Assembly (NCBI GenBank): GCA_963708025.1 | Contig: CAVPSB010000019.1 | Location: forward strand, 192,001-256,000 | From: an uncultured Candidatus Rokubacteria bacterium | GTDB taxonomy: Bacteria; Methylomirabilota; Methylomirabilia; Rokubacteriales; DASRDR01 | Direction of reading: 5' to 3' | DNA: 64,000 bases | Translations under genes and position numbers: made by a program | Notes under the pieces: model-generated | The model's input: the letters and a program-made list of their open reading frames with translations, nothing else | Database searches by the model: none | Told to the model about the DNA's origin: nothing | In this document: positions 51,407 through 59,703 of the stretch, in pieces | How positions within the stretch are numbered: the first letter of the stretch is position 1 | Layout: each line of letters opens with the position of its first letter

Positions 51407-51446
51407 TTGACATCTCCAGGCATACGCAATAGCATCAGGCGTATGC
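51407..51446 (+). promoter_or_regulatory. vapBC promoter and palindromic operator
   Basis: TTGACA-N17-TAGCAT; inverted repeat GCATACGC (51420-27) / GCGTATGC (51439-46) brackets the -10 and overlaps the ATG. Confidence 0.75.
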
Positions 51447-51646
51447 GCACAACGCTCGACATTCCCGAGTCGCTCATCGAGGAAGCCCGCCGTCTGCTCG
51501 GCTTCAAGTCAAAGACGGACACCATAGTCTTCTCCCTGCAGGAGCTCGTCCGCAGGAAACGCATCGAGGCGCTCAAGGAGTCCATGGGCTCGGTCCGCCT
51601 CGAGCTGAATCTTCCCGAATCCCGCCGCCGACCGCGTCGTAGGTGA
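51443..51646 (+). CDS. vapB: VapB-type antitoxin
   Basis: MRTTLDIPESLIEEARRLLGFKSKTDTI..; GTGA overlap with the PIN gene. Confidence 0.9.
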   Translation: MRTTLDIPESLIEEARRLLGFKSKTDTIVFSLQELVRRKRIEALKESMGSVRLELNLPESRRRPRRR

Positions 51647-52032
51647 CCCTGGTCGACACGTCGGTCTGGATCAGGGCCTTCCGTGCCGGCGGAAGTCCCG
51701 AAGCCGTGCACCTCCGCTCGCTGCTCGACGCAGACGACGTGGTGCTTGCCGCGCCCGTTCGAATGGAGATCCTCCTGGGCGCGTCGTCACGGGACCGTAT
51801 TCGGCTGCGTCGTCTCCTCTCCGCTCTTCCGTACTGGGTCCCGACGGAATCGACGTGGGGACTCGTGGACTCGTGGCTCGACCCGGTGGCCACGGCCGGA
51901 GAGCGATTCGGCGTCACGGATCTGCTGATCGGCGCGCTCGCTGCCGAGCGCACCGCCACGCTCTGGTCCCTGGATCGCGACTTCGAGCGCATGGCCCGGC
52001 TCGATCTCATCAGGCTTCATCGCGTCACCTGA
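51643..52032 (+). CDS. vapC: VapC PIN-domain toxin
   Basis: LVDTSVWI, MEILLG, DLLIGA, WSLDRDF. Confidence 0.92.
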   Translation: MTLVDTSVWIRAFRAGGSPEAVHLRSLLDADDVVLAAPVRMEILLGASSRDRIRLRRLLSALPYWVPTESTWGLVDSWLDPVATAGERFGVTDLLIGALAAERTATLWSLDRDFERMARLDLIRLHRVT

Positions 52033-52116
52033 CGAGCGCGTCGCGAGAGGCAATGTCGTGCCGGGCGGATCGGGGATTGCCGGGCGTGCGCCGGGGGCGC
52101 TAAGATGGGCATCGCG

Positions 52117-52386
52117 ATGGATTCCCTATCCGACATCTACTGGGAGCTGCAGGGTGCCGAGGATCCGGTCGGCCTCGAGGAGTTCGTCGGCCGGGCGGCT
52201 GGTGGCGCCTACGGGCCCGTCACCAAGGCCGAGCTGTGCGACTTCCTCCACGAGGTCGAGGCGCGCCTCGTCCACCAGATCGAGCGGGGAGAGGGCGGCG
52301 CTCACGACGAGGCGGCGCGCGACGAGCTGATCGACGAGACCCACGGCTGGATCGAGGACCTGATCACCCGGTTCTGCGAGGAATAG
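52117..52386 (+). CDS. Small acidic hypothetical protein
   Basis: Coding-like codon bias; MDSLSDIYWEL..; TAAGAT 10 nt upstream. Confidence 0.7.
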   Translation: MDSLSDIYWELQGAEDPVGLEEFVGRAAGGAYGPVTKAELCDFLHEVEARLVHQIERGEGGAHDEAARDELIDETHGWIEDLITRFCEE

Positions 52387-52395
52387 GGGGCCGAC

Positions 52396-53946
52396 ATGCG
52401 CGAGCGCCATCTGAGCCGGCGGGCGTTTCTGACACGAAGCGGGGCGATCACGCTGGGTCTCGCGGCCGGGCTGTCCGGCCGGCGGGCGGCCGCCCAGGGG
52501 AAGCCGGGCGGCACTCTCACCTTCGCGAGCGCGGCGCTGCCGCCGAACCTCGAGCCCCACATGCAGGGGCTCGACATCTGGCAGAAGCGAAAGCCCCTGA
52601 TCTACGAGAACCTGGTCTGGATCGACCAGGCCCTCGAGCCGCAGCCCGAGCTGGCCGAGCGGTGGGAGCAGCGGTCGCCGACCGAGTACGTCTTCCACCT
52701 CCGGCGCGGCGTCCGCTTCCACGACGGCAAGGAGATGGATGCCGAGGACGTCAAGTACACGTACGACCGGGTCCGCGACCCGAAGGTCAGCCCGGGAGCG
52801 AACGACCTCCTGGCCATCAAGTCGATCGAGGTCGTCGACAAGTTGACCGTCCGGGTCACCCTCAACGGGCCCTTCGCGACGTTCCTCGTGAACGTCGCCG
52901 GCAAGTACAACGGCGTCATCCCCAAGGGCTCCGCCGGGGACGGCAAGGAGCTCCTGACCAAGGCGGTCGGGACCGGCCCGTTCACCGTCGAGGAGTTCGA
53001 CCCGAGCCGGCGGCTCGCCCTCAAGAAGAACCCGAGCTACTGGGGCGCGCAGAAGCCGCTCCTCGACGGCATCGTGTTCCAGGCGATCCCGGACGAGTCG
53101 TCGATCGTGGCCGGGCTCCGGACGGGACAGGTCACGCTGGCCGAGTTCGCCTCCGCGCTGACCTTCCAGGTGGCCCGGGGGATCGGCAGCCTGGACGCGG
53201 TCCAGGCCCCCTCGACCCGGTGGGTGGTGCTCGACCTCGCCGGTGACCAGGAGCCCACGAGCAAGCCTGAGGTGCGGCAGGCCATCGCCCTCGCCCTCGA
53301 CCGGCCCGCGATCCTCCAGATCGCCGGCTCCGGGCTGGGCCAGCGTCTCGGGGTCCTGCCGCCGGGCCTCAAGTACTGGGCGGTGCCGGCGGCGGAGCTG
53401 CCAAACCAGCAGCGCGACATCGCCCGGGCGAAGGCGCTCCTCCAGAAGGCGGGATACGCGGGCCGCGTCCCGGTGAAGATCCGGAACATCGTGGGGTACC
53501 CGGCGCTGGCCGCCGCCCTGCCGGTGATCGTGGACAACCTGCGCGAGGCCGGGATCGACGTCCAGGTGGAGACCGTGGACGGCGGGGTGTGGATCAAGGA
53601 CTGGGTCGTCCCCCAGTCGCCCCCGACCATGAACGAGTGGGGCGGCTTCGTGGACCCCGACCAGGCCTTCCACCGCCACTTCCACTCGGCCCCGGGCGGG
53701 AAGGACTTCCGGCGCTGGAACAACAAGAAGGCCGACGAGCTGCTCGATGCGGGGCGGACGACTCTCGACCGCGGCCGGCGGAAGACGATCTACGACCAGG
53801 TCCAGCGGCTGGTGGCGGAGGACCCGATCACGATCCCGCTCTACTCCCCGGACCTCCTCTACGCGATGCAGAAGACCGTCAAGGGCTTTCAGCCCCATCC
53901 CACCGGGTTCTACTACGGGCTCCGCTTCGCCTGGGTTGAGCGCTGA
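52396..53946 (+). CDS. Peptide/nickel ABC substrate-binding protein (family 5), Tat-exported
   Basis: SRRAFL, LRRGVRFHDG, DVKYT, VGTGPF, VRQAI. Confidence 0.93.
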   Translation: MRERHLSRRAFLTRSGAITLGLAAGLSGRRAAAQGKPGGTLTFASAALPPNLEPHMQGLDIWQKRKPLIYENLVWIDQALEPQPELAERWEQRSPTEYVFHLRRGVRFHDGKEMDAEDVKYTYDRVRDPKVSPGANDLLAIKSIEVVDKLTVRVTLNGPFATFLVNVAGKYNGVIPKGSAGDGKELLTKAVGTGPFTVEEFDPSRRLALKKNPSYWGAQKPLLDGIVFQAIPDESSIVAGLRTGQVTLAEFASALTFQVARGIGSLDAVQAPSTRWVVLDLAGDQEPTSKPEVRQAIALALDRPAILQIAGSGLGQRLGVLPPGLKYWAVPAAELPNQQRDIARAKALLQKAGYAGRVPVKIRNIVGYPALAAALPVIVDNLREAGIDVQVETVDGGVWIKDWVVPQSPPTMNEWGGFVDPDQAFHRHFHSAPGGKDFRRWNNKKADELLDAGRTTLDRGRRKTIYDQVQRLVAEDPITIPLYSPDLLYAMQKTVKGFQPHPTGFYYGLRFAWVER

Positions 53947-54056
53947 AGTCTTTCGGGTGGGTCTCCTGGCCGTCGGGCTGACGGGCTTCATCCTGATCGT
54001 TCGCGCCGGGCGACGCTCGCGCCCGTTGTGAAGGTCATGGCTGTAATTGCCCGCGA

Positions 54057-55007
54057 GTGCGCGCCTATCTAGGCCAGCGACTCGCCGCGATGGGGCTCAC
54101 CCTGCTCGGGGTGAGCCTCCTCGTCTTCAGCATGGTCCGCCTGATCCCGGGGACCGTGGTCGAGCAGCTCCTGGGGCAGGCGGCCATCGCCTCGCCGGAG
54201 GTGCTGGCGAGCTTCCGCCGCTTCTTCGGCCTCGACCGGCCGGTCCACGTCCAATACCTCGCCTGGCTGGGCGGCGTCTTGCGCGGCGACTTCGGCGTGT
54301 CCTGGCTGTCCGGCCGGCCGGTGCTGGGCCTCTTCCTCGAGCGGCTGCCCGTCTCGGCGGAGCTGGCGTTCCTGGCTGTCGGCTGGTCGCTCTGCCTCGG
54401 GCTCCCGCTGGGCACGGCGTCGGCGGTGTGGCGGGGCGGCCTCCGCGACGGGGCGATCCGGGTTCTCGCAACCCTGGGGCTGTCGCTTCCGGCCTTCTGG
54501 CAGGGGACGGTCCTGATCCTGCTGTTCTCGATCTACCTCGGCTGGATGCCGTCCCTCCAGTGGGTGCCGCTCCTCCGCGATCCCGGCGCCAACCTCGCGA
54601 TCATGGCGCTGCCCGCCCTGACGCTGGGCACGGCGACGGCCGCCCTGATCACCCGGATGGCGCGCTCGTCCATGCTCGACGTCCTCGGCCGCGACTACGT
54701 CCGGACCGCCCGGGCCAAGGGGCTTCCCGAGGGTCGGGTCACCTTCCGCCACGCGCTCCGGAACGCGCTCATCCCCGTCGTCACGGTGGCCGGGGTCCAG
54801 CTCGGCTACATCGTCGGGGGCATCGTGGTCGTGGAGGACGTCTTCACCTTGCCCGGCGTCGGCCGCCTCCTCCTCGACGCCATCTTCCAGCGCGACTACC
54901 CGGTGGTGCAGGGCGTCATCCTCATCCTGGCCGCCGCCTTCATGCTCTTGAACCTGGTCGTCAACCTCCTGTACGCGGCACTGGACCCGAGGCTTCGTCG
55001 TGCCTGA
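54057..55007 (+). CDS. Peptide ABC permease (DppB-like)
   Basis: FGLDRPVHVQY, GDFGVS, DYVRTARAKGL, QRDYPVVQG. Confidence 0.93.
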   Translation: MRAYLGQRLAAMGLTLLGVSLLVFSMVRLIPGTVVEQLLGQAAIASPEVLASFRRFFGLDRPVHVQYLAWLGGVLRGDFGVSWLSGRPVLGLFLERLPVSAELAFLAVGWSLCLGLPLGTASAVWRGGLRDGAIRVLATLGLSLPAFWQGTVLILLFSIYLGWMPSLQWVPLLRDPGANLAIMALPALTLGTATAALITRMARSSMLDVLGRDYVRTARAKGLPEGRVTFRHALRNALIPVVTVAGVQLGYIVGGIVVVEDVFTLPGVGRLLLDAIFQRDYPVVQGVILILAAAFMLLNLVVNLLYAALDPRLRRA

Positions 55008-55848
55008 CCGTCGGGGCGTGCCGGGACGGTGGCGGCGGGCGGCTCGGAGCCGGCTCTTCCTGGCCGCCTGTGGAGCGCTGGCGGCCCTGATCGCGGCCGG
55101 CCTCCTGGCGGACTGGATCGCGCCGTATCCCCCGACCGCGGTGGACGCGCGCGGCATGTTCAGGGGGCCGAGCGCCACGCACCCCTTCGGCACCGATCGC
55201 TTCGGTCGCGACGTGCTCTCCCGGGTCCTCTTCGGCGTACGGGTCTCCCTCGGGATCGCCGGCGCGTCGATCGCGATGGCGGTGACGACCGGGAGCCTGC
55301 TCGGGCTCCTCGCCGGCGCGGGTCGGGGCGTGGACCAGCTCCTCGGCCGCGTCATGGACGTCTTCTTCGCGTTCCCGCCCATCCTCCTCGCGATCGGCAT
55401 CGCCGCCGTCCTCGGGGCCGGCCCCGGCACCGCGGTCGTCGCCATCGCGGTGGTGTACGCGCCGTTCTTCTTCCGGGTCGTGCGGGGGAGCGTGCTGGCC
55501 GAGTCGGCGGAGGCCTACGTCGAGGCGGCGGAGGCGCTCGGCCTCGGGCGGGCGGCCATCCTCGTCCGTCACGTGCTGCCCAACGTGGTCTCGCCCATCG
55601 TGGTCCAGACGGCGGTCTGCCTCTCCTACGGCATCCTGATCGAGTCGGCCCTCTCCTACCTCGGGGTCGGCGTCCAGCCGCCGACGCCGTCGTGGGGGAC
55701 GATCCTGAACGAGGGGAAGGAGTTCCTGGCGCTCGCCCCCTGGGTGTCGCTCTTCCCGGGCGGGGTCATCATGCTGAGCGTCCTGGCGTTCAACATCATC
55801 GGCGACGGCCTGCGGGACGCGCTCGACCCGCGCAGCGGCGTGCTCTAA
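55000..55848 (+). CDS. Peptide ABC permease (DppC-like)
   Basis: HPFGTDRFGRD, RHVLPN, LGVGVQPPTPSWG. Confidence 0.93.
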   Translation: MPDRRGVPGRWRRAARSRLFLAACGALAALIAAGLLADWIAPYPPTAVDARGMFRGPSATHPFGTDRFGRDVLSRVLFGVRVSLGIAGASIAMAVTTGSLLGLLAGAGRGVDQLLGRVMDVFFAFPPILLAIGIAAVLGAGPGTAVVAIAVVYAPFFFRVVRGSVLAESAEAYVEAAEALGLGRAAILVRHVLPNVVSPIVVQTAVCLSYGILIESALSYLGVGVQPPTPSWGTILNEGKEFLALAPWVSLFPGGVIMLSVLAFNIIGDGLRDALDPRSGVL

Positions 55849-55870
55849 GGAGCGTGTGAAGGACTGGGGT

Positions 55871-55991
55871 CCTCCGGCTCCCCCTCCTCCCCGGTGGGCC
55901 ACCGGAGGGGTGGGACGTCGCGAGGGCCGCAGGCCCGAGCCGTCCCGGCGGTCCGGTCGGATGGAGGGGGGTTGGGGGGTGGGCGGGAGGT
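55871..55991 (+). repeat. Family B repeat with a ~60-bp internal insert
   Basis: CCTCCGGCTCCCCCTCCTCC..GGAGGGGGGTTGGGGGGTGGGCGGGAGGT. Confidence 0.75.
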
Positions 55992-55995
55992 CCCG

Positions 55996-56025
55996 AACAA
56001 TCACCACCGGAACAATCACCACCGG
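55996..56025 (+). repeat. Perfect 15-bp tandem duplication
   Basis: AACAATCACCACCGG x2. Confidence 0.85.
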
Positions 56026-56035
56026 AGGGTGCGAG

Positions 56036-56521
56036 ATGAGCTACGAACCGACGGAGACGATCGGTGGGCTGAGCGACGCGGAGATGCTCCGCTTCCTGCA
56101 GGAGCCGTGGAACGGGCGGATCGCCACGCTGGCGCCGGACGGCTGGCCCTACCTGACGCCGGTGTGGTACGAGTTCGACCCGGCGGCGCGGGCCTTCCTG
56201 ATCGTGGGGCGGGAGAGCGCCGAGTGGGTGGGCCACATCCGGGCGGACCCCAGGGTCGCCTTCCACGTCGCGGACGATGTCCACGCCGAGCACACCCGGG
56301 TGCTCGTCCAGGCGCGCGCCGAGATCGTCGAGGGCCCGGTGCCGCCGTCCGCCAGCCCGCGCCTCGGGGAGCTGACGCGGCGGCTGTCCATCCGGTACCT
56401 GGGGCCGAGCGGCCCGGCCTACGCGGAGAAGACCTTCGGGCGGCCCCGCGTCCTCGTCCGCCTCGGCCCGACCCGCTGGCGCACCTGGACCGGGCGCGAG
56501 TGGCACCGGCGCTACCGTTGA
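56036..56521 (+). CDS. Pyridoxamine 5'-phosphate oxidase-like (PPOX) protein
   Basis: IATLAPDGWPYLTPVWY, IRADPRVAF; GGAGGG RBS. Confidence 0.88.
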   Translation: MSYEPTETIGGLSDAEMLRFLQEPWNGRIATLAPDGWPYLTPVWYEFDPAARAFLIVGRESAEWVGHIRADPRVAFHVADDVHAEHTRVLVQARAEIVEGPVPPSASPRLGELTRRLSIRYLGPSGPAYAEKTFGRPRVLVRLGPTRWRTWTGREWHRRYR

Positions 56522-56583
56522 CAAGATCCGCCGGGGCAATGGAAGATCGCGGCGTCCCGAACCCTTTCACCAGGAGGCCGAGC

Positions 56584-57927
56584 ATGACACGCACGAAGCG
56601 GATCCTGACCGGCGCGGTGACCGCGTGGGCCTTCCTCGCCCTGGCCGGGGTGGCGGGGGCCCAGGAGAAGAAGGTCGTCCGGATCTGGCACACGGAGACC
56701 GAGTCGCAGACGGTCGCGATGCTCAACCAGATCATCGCGGACTTCGAGAAGACGCGCCCCGACATCCAGGTGAAGGCCGAGGCTCTGGCCTGGGGCGATC
56801 TCGAGACGAAGCTCACGGCGGCGCTGGCCGCCGGCGCGCCCCCCGAGGCCTCCCACGGGCAGGCCATCACGTGCGCGTCGTTCGCGGCCAAGGGGCTGCT
56901 CCGGCCCGTGGACGACCTCGTCGACTCCCTGGGCAAGGACAACCTGATCGAGGGCTTCCGCAACCTGTGCCGCGTGGACGGCAAGTACTACGGCGTGGGG
57001 CACTCCGCCGCCGCCTCGGTGTTCGTCTACCGCAAGGACCTCCTGGCCCAGAAGGGCCTCAAACCGCCCCGGACCTGGGACGAGCTGATCCAGGCGGCCG
57101 AGACGCTGAAGGAGACGAAGGACGGCCAGGTGACGCGCTGGGGGCTCACGCTGTCCGGCCAGCCGCTGTTCGTCAACATCCAGGTGGGCGAGCTGCTCCG
57201 ATCGAACGGCGGGCGGCTCTTCGACGCCGAGGGGCGGCCGACGCTCACCGAGAAGCCGGTCATCGAGCTGCTCGACTTCTACAAGCGGCTCAACGCCGTG
57301 CTCCCGCCCGGCTGGACGAGCCACAGCTACCTCGACACCTTCGCCAACCTGGCCAACGGCCGGGCTGCCATGCAGTACCAGGCGTACGGGCGGGGGACCG
57401 GGTACATCGAGAAGTACGCCGCCGCCGACATCGCCGACCCCGAGCACTTCGCGGTGACGGACAAGGTGGTCGGCCCGTCGGGCAAGATGTCGGTCGCCCA
57501 GATCGACTCCGAGCCGTGGATGGTCTTCAAGCAGGCGAAGCACCCCAACGAGGCGGTCGAGTTCCTGAAGTTCTTCTACAAGGAGGAGAACTACGTCCGC
57601 TACCTCCACACGGTGCCGATCCACCTCCTGCCCATGACCCGGTCGGTCTACCGGAGCCCGAAGTACCTGGACAACCCGACGATCAAGAAGTGGCGGTCCT
57701 GGGTGGACATGCAGGAGGCCTACTTCAAGGCGGACCGCGTGCGACCGGTGCTCGTGATGGAGTGGGACGACATGAAGAAGCCCTACCTCCTCGAGGTCAT
57801 GGGCTCCGGCATCCTGGTCGACATGGTGCTCGACTCGGTCAAGGGGATGCCCTCGGCCGAGGCGGCCGCCAAGGCCCAGAAGCGGGTCGAAGACCTCCTG
57901 ACCAGGGCCGGCTACCTCAAGAAGTAA
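56584..57927 (+). CDS. Carbohydrate-type ABC substrate-binding protein
   Basis: AGGAGG RBS, signal peptide, DGKYYGV, YRKDLL, PPRTWDEL. Confidence 0.9.
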   Translation: MTRTKRILTGAVTAWAFLALAGVAGAQEKKVVRIWHTETESQTVAMLNQIIADFEKTRPDIQVKAEALAWGDLETKLTAALAAGAPPEASHGQAITCASFAAKGLLRPVDDLVDSLGKDNLIEGFRNLCRVDGKYYGVGHSAAASVFVYRKDLLAQKGLKPPRTWDELIQAAETLKETKDGQVTRWGLTLSGQPLFVNIQVGELLRSNGGRLFDAEGRPTLTEKPVIELLDFYKRLNAVLPPGWTSHSYLDTFANLANGRAAMQYQAYGRGTGYIEKYAAADIADPEHFAVTDKVVGPSGKMSVAQIDSEPWMVFKQAKHPNEAVEFLKFFYKEENYVRYLHTVPIHLLPMTRSVYRSPKYLDNPTIKKWRSWVDMQEAYFKADRVRPVLVMEWDDMKKPYLLEVMGSGILVDMVLDSVKGMPSAEAAAKAQKRVEDLLTRAGYLKK

Positions 57928-57932
57928 GGCCG

Positions 57933-58820
57933 GTGCCGCCGCGGTGGAGGCTGTCCGGGTCGGCGCTCGGGCTCCTCGGGCTCGCCCCCGCGCTGCTCCT
58001 CATCGCGGCGCTCATCCTCTACCCGGTCGCCTACGCGGCCTGGCTGAGCCTCCACGACAAGCACTCCTTCTTCCCGACCGAGCAGTTCATCGGCCTCCGG
58101 AACTACTGGGACATCGCCCGGGACCAGGAGTTCTGGGACAGCACCTGGCGCGGCGTCGTCTACGCCGGCGGCACGACGGCGCTCCAGCTCGTCTTCGGCG
58201 TGGCGGCCGCGCTCGTCCTCCACCGGTCGTTCCGCGGCCGGACGGTGGTGCGCGCCCTCGTCCTGTTCCCGTACATGATCCCGACCATCGTGGCCGTCAT
58301 CGTCTGGCGCTGGCTCCTCAACGACACCTACGGCGTCGTGGACTACCTGCTCGTCCGCTGGGGGCTGGTCCGGCAGCCGGTCGTGTGGCTCAGCGTGGAC
58401 CACATCATGGCCTCGCTGATCGTCATGAGTGTCTGGCAGTTCGCCCCGTTCGTGGTCCTGAGCGTCCTGGCGCGGCTCCAGACCATCCCGCCGGAGCTGT
58501 ACGAGGCGGCCCGGGTGGACGGGGCCTCCGCCTGGGGACGGTTTCGCCACGTCACGCTGCCGCAGATCCAGGCGGTGCTCTTCGTGGTGATCCTGCTGCG
58601 CGGGATCTGGATGTTCACGAAGTTCGACACCGTGTGGCTGTGGGGCGAGGGGGCGGGGGCCGGGCGGGAGATCCGGACGCTCCCGATCTACGCCTACATG
58701 CGGACCTTCACCTACTACCAGGCCGGCTTCGGGTCGGCGCTGGCGGTGATCATGTTTCTCATGCTCCTATGTGCAACCGCCCTGTATTTCAGGCTCTTCT
58801 GGCGCGAGGAGGAGGCGTGA
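57933..58820 (+). CDS. Carbohydrate ABC permease 1
   Basis: FIGLRNY, LQTIPPELYEAARVDGAS, HVTLP. Confidence 0.92.
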   Translation: MPPRWRLSGSALGLLGLAPALLLIAALILYPVAYAAWLSLHDKHSFFPTEQFIGLRNYWDIARDQEFWDSTWRGVVYAGGTTALQLVFGVAAALVLHRSFRGRTVVRALVLFPYMIPTIVAVIVWRWLLNDTYGVVDYLLVRWGLVRQPVVWLSVDHIMASLIVMSVWQFAPFVVLSVLARLQTIPPELYEAARVDGASAWGRFRHVTLPQIQAVLFVVILLRGIWMFTKFDTVWLWGEGAGAGREIRTLPIYAYMRTFTYYQAGFGSALAVIMFLMLLCATALYFRLFWREEEA

Positions 58821-58887
58821 GACTGGCCCGGCGGCAGGGCGGATGAGGCGCCACCCGCGGTCGAGCGCGATCCGGGCGGGCCGAGCC

Positions 58888-59703
58888 ATGGGGCGTGTCC
58901 TGCTCTACGCGGCGGCGCTCGGGCTGGCGGCCCAGGCCATCCTGCCCCTCCTGTGGATGCTGTCCACCTCGCTCAAACCGCCGCGCGAGGTCTTCGCCGT
59001 GCCGCCGACGTTCGTCCCGGCCGCCCCCACGCTGGCGAACTTCGTCCGTCTCGCCCGCGAGACGGCCTTCCTCACCTACTTCGCCAACAGCGTGCTGGTG
59101 GCCGGGCTCACCGTCCTCCTGACGATGGCGGTGGGCGCCGTCGGCGCCTACAGCCTCACCCGCTTCCGCTTCCCGGGCCGCGAGGCCTTCGCCCGGCTGA
59201 TCCTCTGCACCTACATGTTCGCGCCCATCATGATCGTTATCCCGATCTACATCCTGGCCCGGCGGCTCGGCCTGGTGAACACGCACGCCGCGCTCGTCCT
59301 CTCCTACGCCTCGTTCTGCCTGCCGTTCTCGCTGTGGCTCCTGCGCGCCTTCTTCCGGTCGATCCCGCTCGAGCTGGAGGAGGCGGCGCTCGTCGACGGG
59401 GCCAGCCGGGGGCGGGCGGTGGTCCACGTCGTCGTCCCCCTCGCGCTGCCGGGGGTCATCGCGACGTCGATCTTCACGTTCACGCTGGCCTGGAACGACT
59501 ACATCTTCACCCGCATCCTGGTCGCCTCGGACGAGCTGAAGACGCTGCCGGTGGGCGTGCAGGACCTCTTCTCGGCGGCGGTGGTCGACTGGGGGCTCAT
59601 CATGGCGGCCGGGATGCTGATCACCATCCCCGCCCTCGCGTTCTTCATGGCGGTCCAGCGCCACCTGGTCGAAGGGTGGGGGAGCGGAGGACTCAAAGGA
59701 TGA
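58888..59703 (+). CDS. Carbohydrate ABC permease 2 (alternative start 58843)
   Basis: TSLKP, SIPLELEEAALVDGAS, AWNDY, KTLPVG, GGLKG. Confidence 0.92.
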   Translation: MGRVLLYAAALGLAAQAILPLLWMLSTSLKPPREVFAVPPTFVPAAPTLANFVRLARETAFLTYFANSVLVAGLTVLLTMAVGAVGAYSLTRFRFPGREAFARLILCTYMFAPIMIVIPIYILARRLGLVNTHAALVLSYASFCLPFSLWLLRAFFRSIPLELEEAALVDGASRGRAVVHVVVPLALPGVIATSIFTFTLAWNDYIFTRILVASDELKTLPVGVQDLFSAAVVDWGLIMAAGMLITIPALAFFMAVQRHLVEGWGSGGLKG

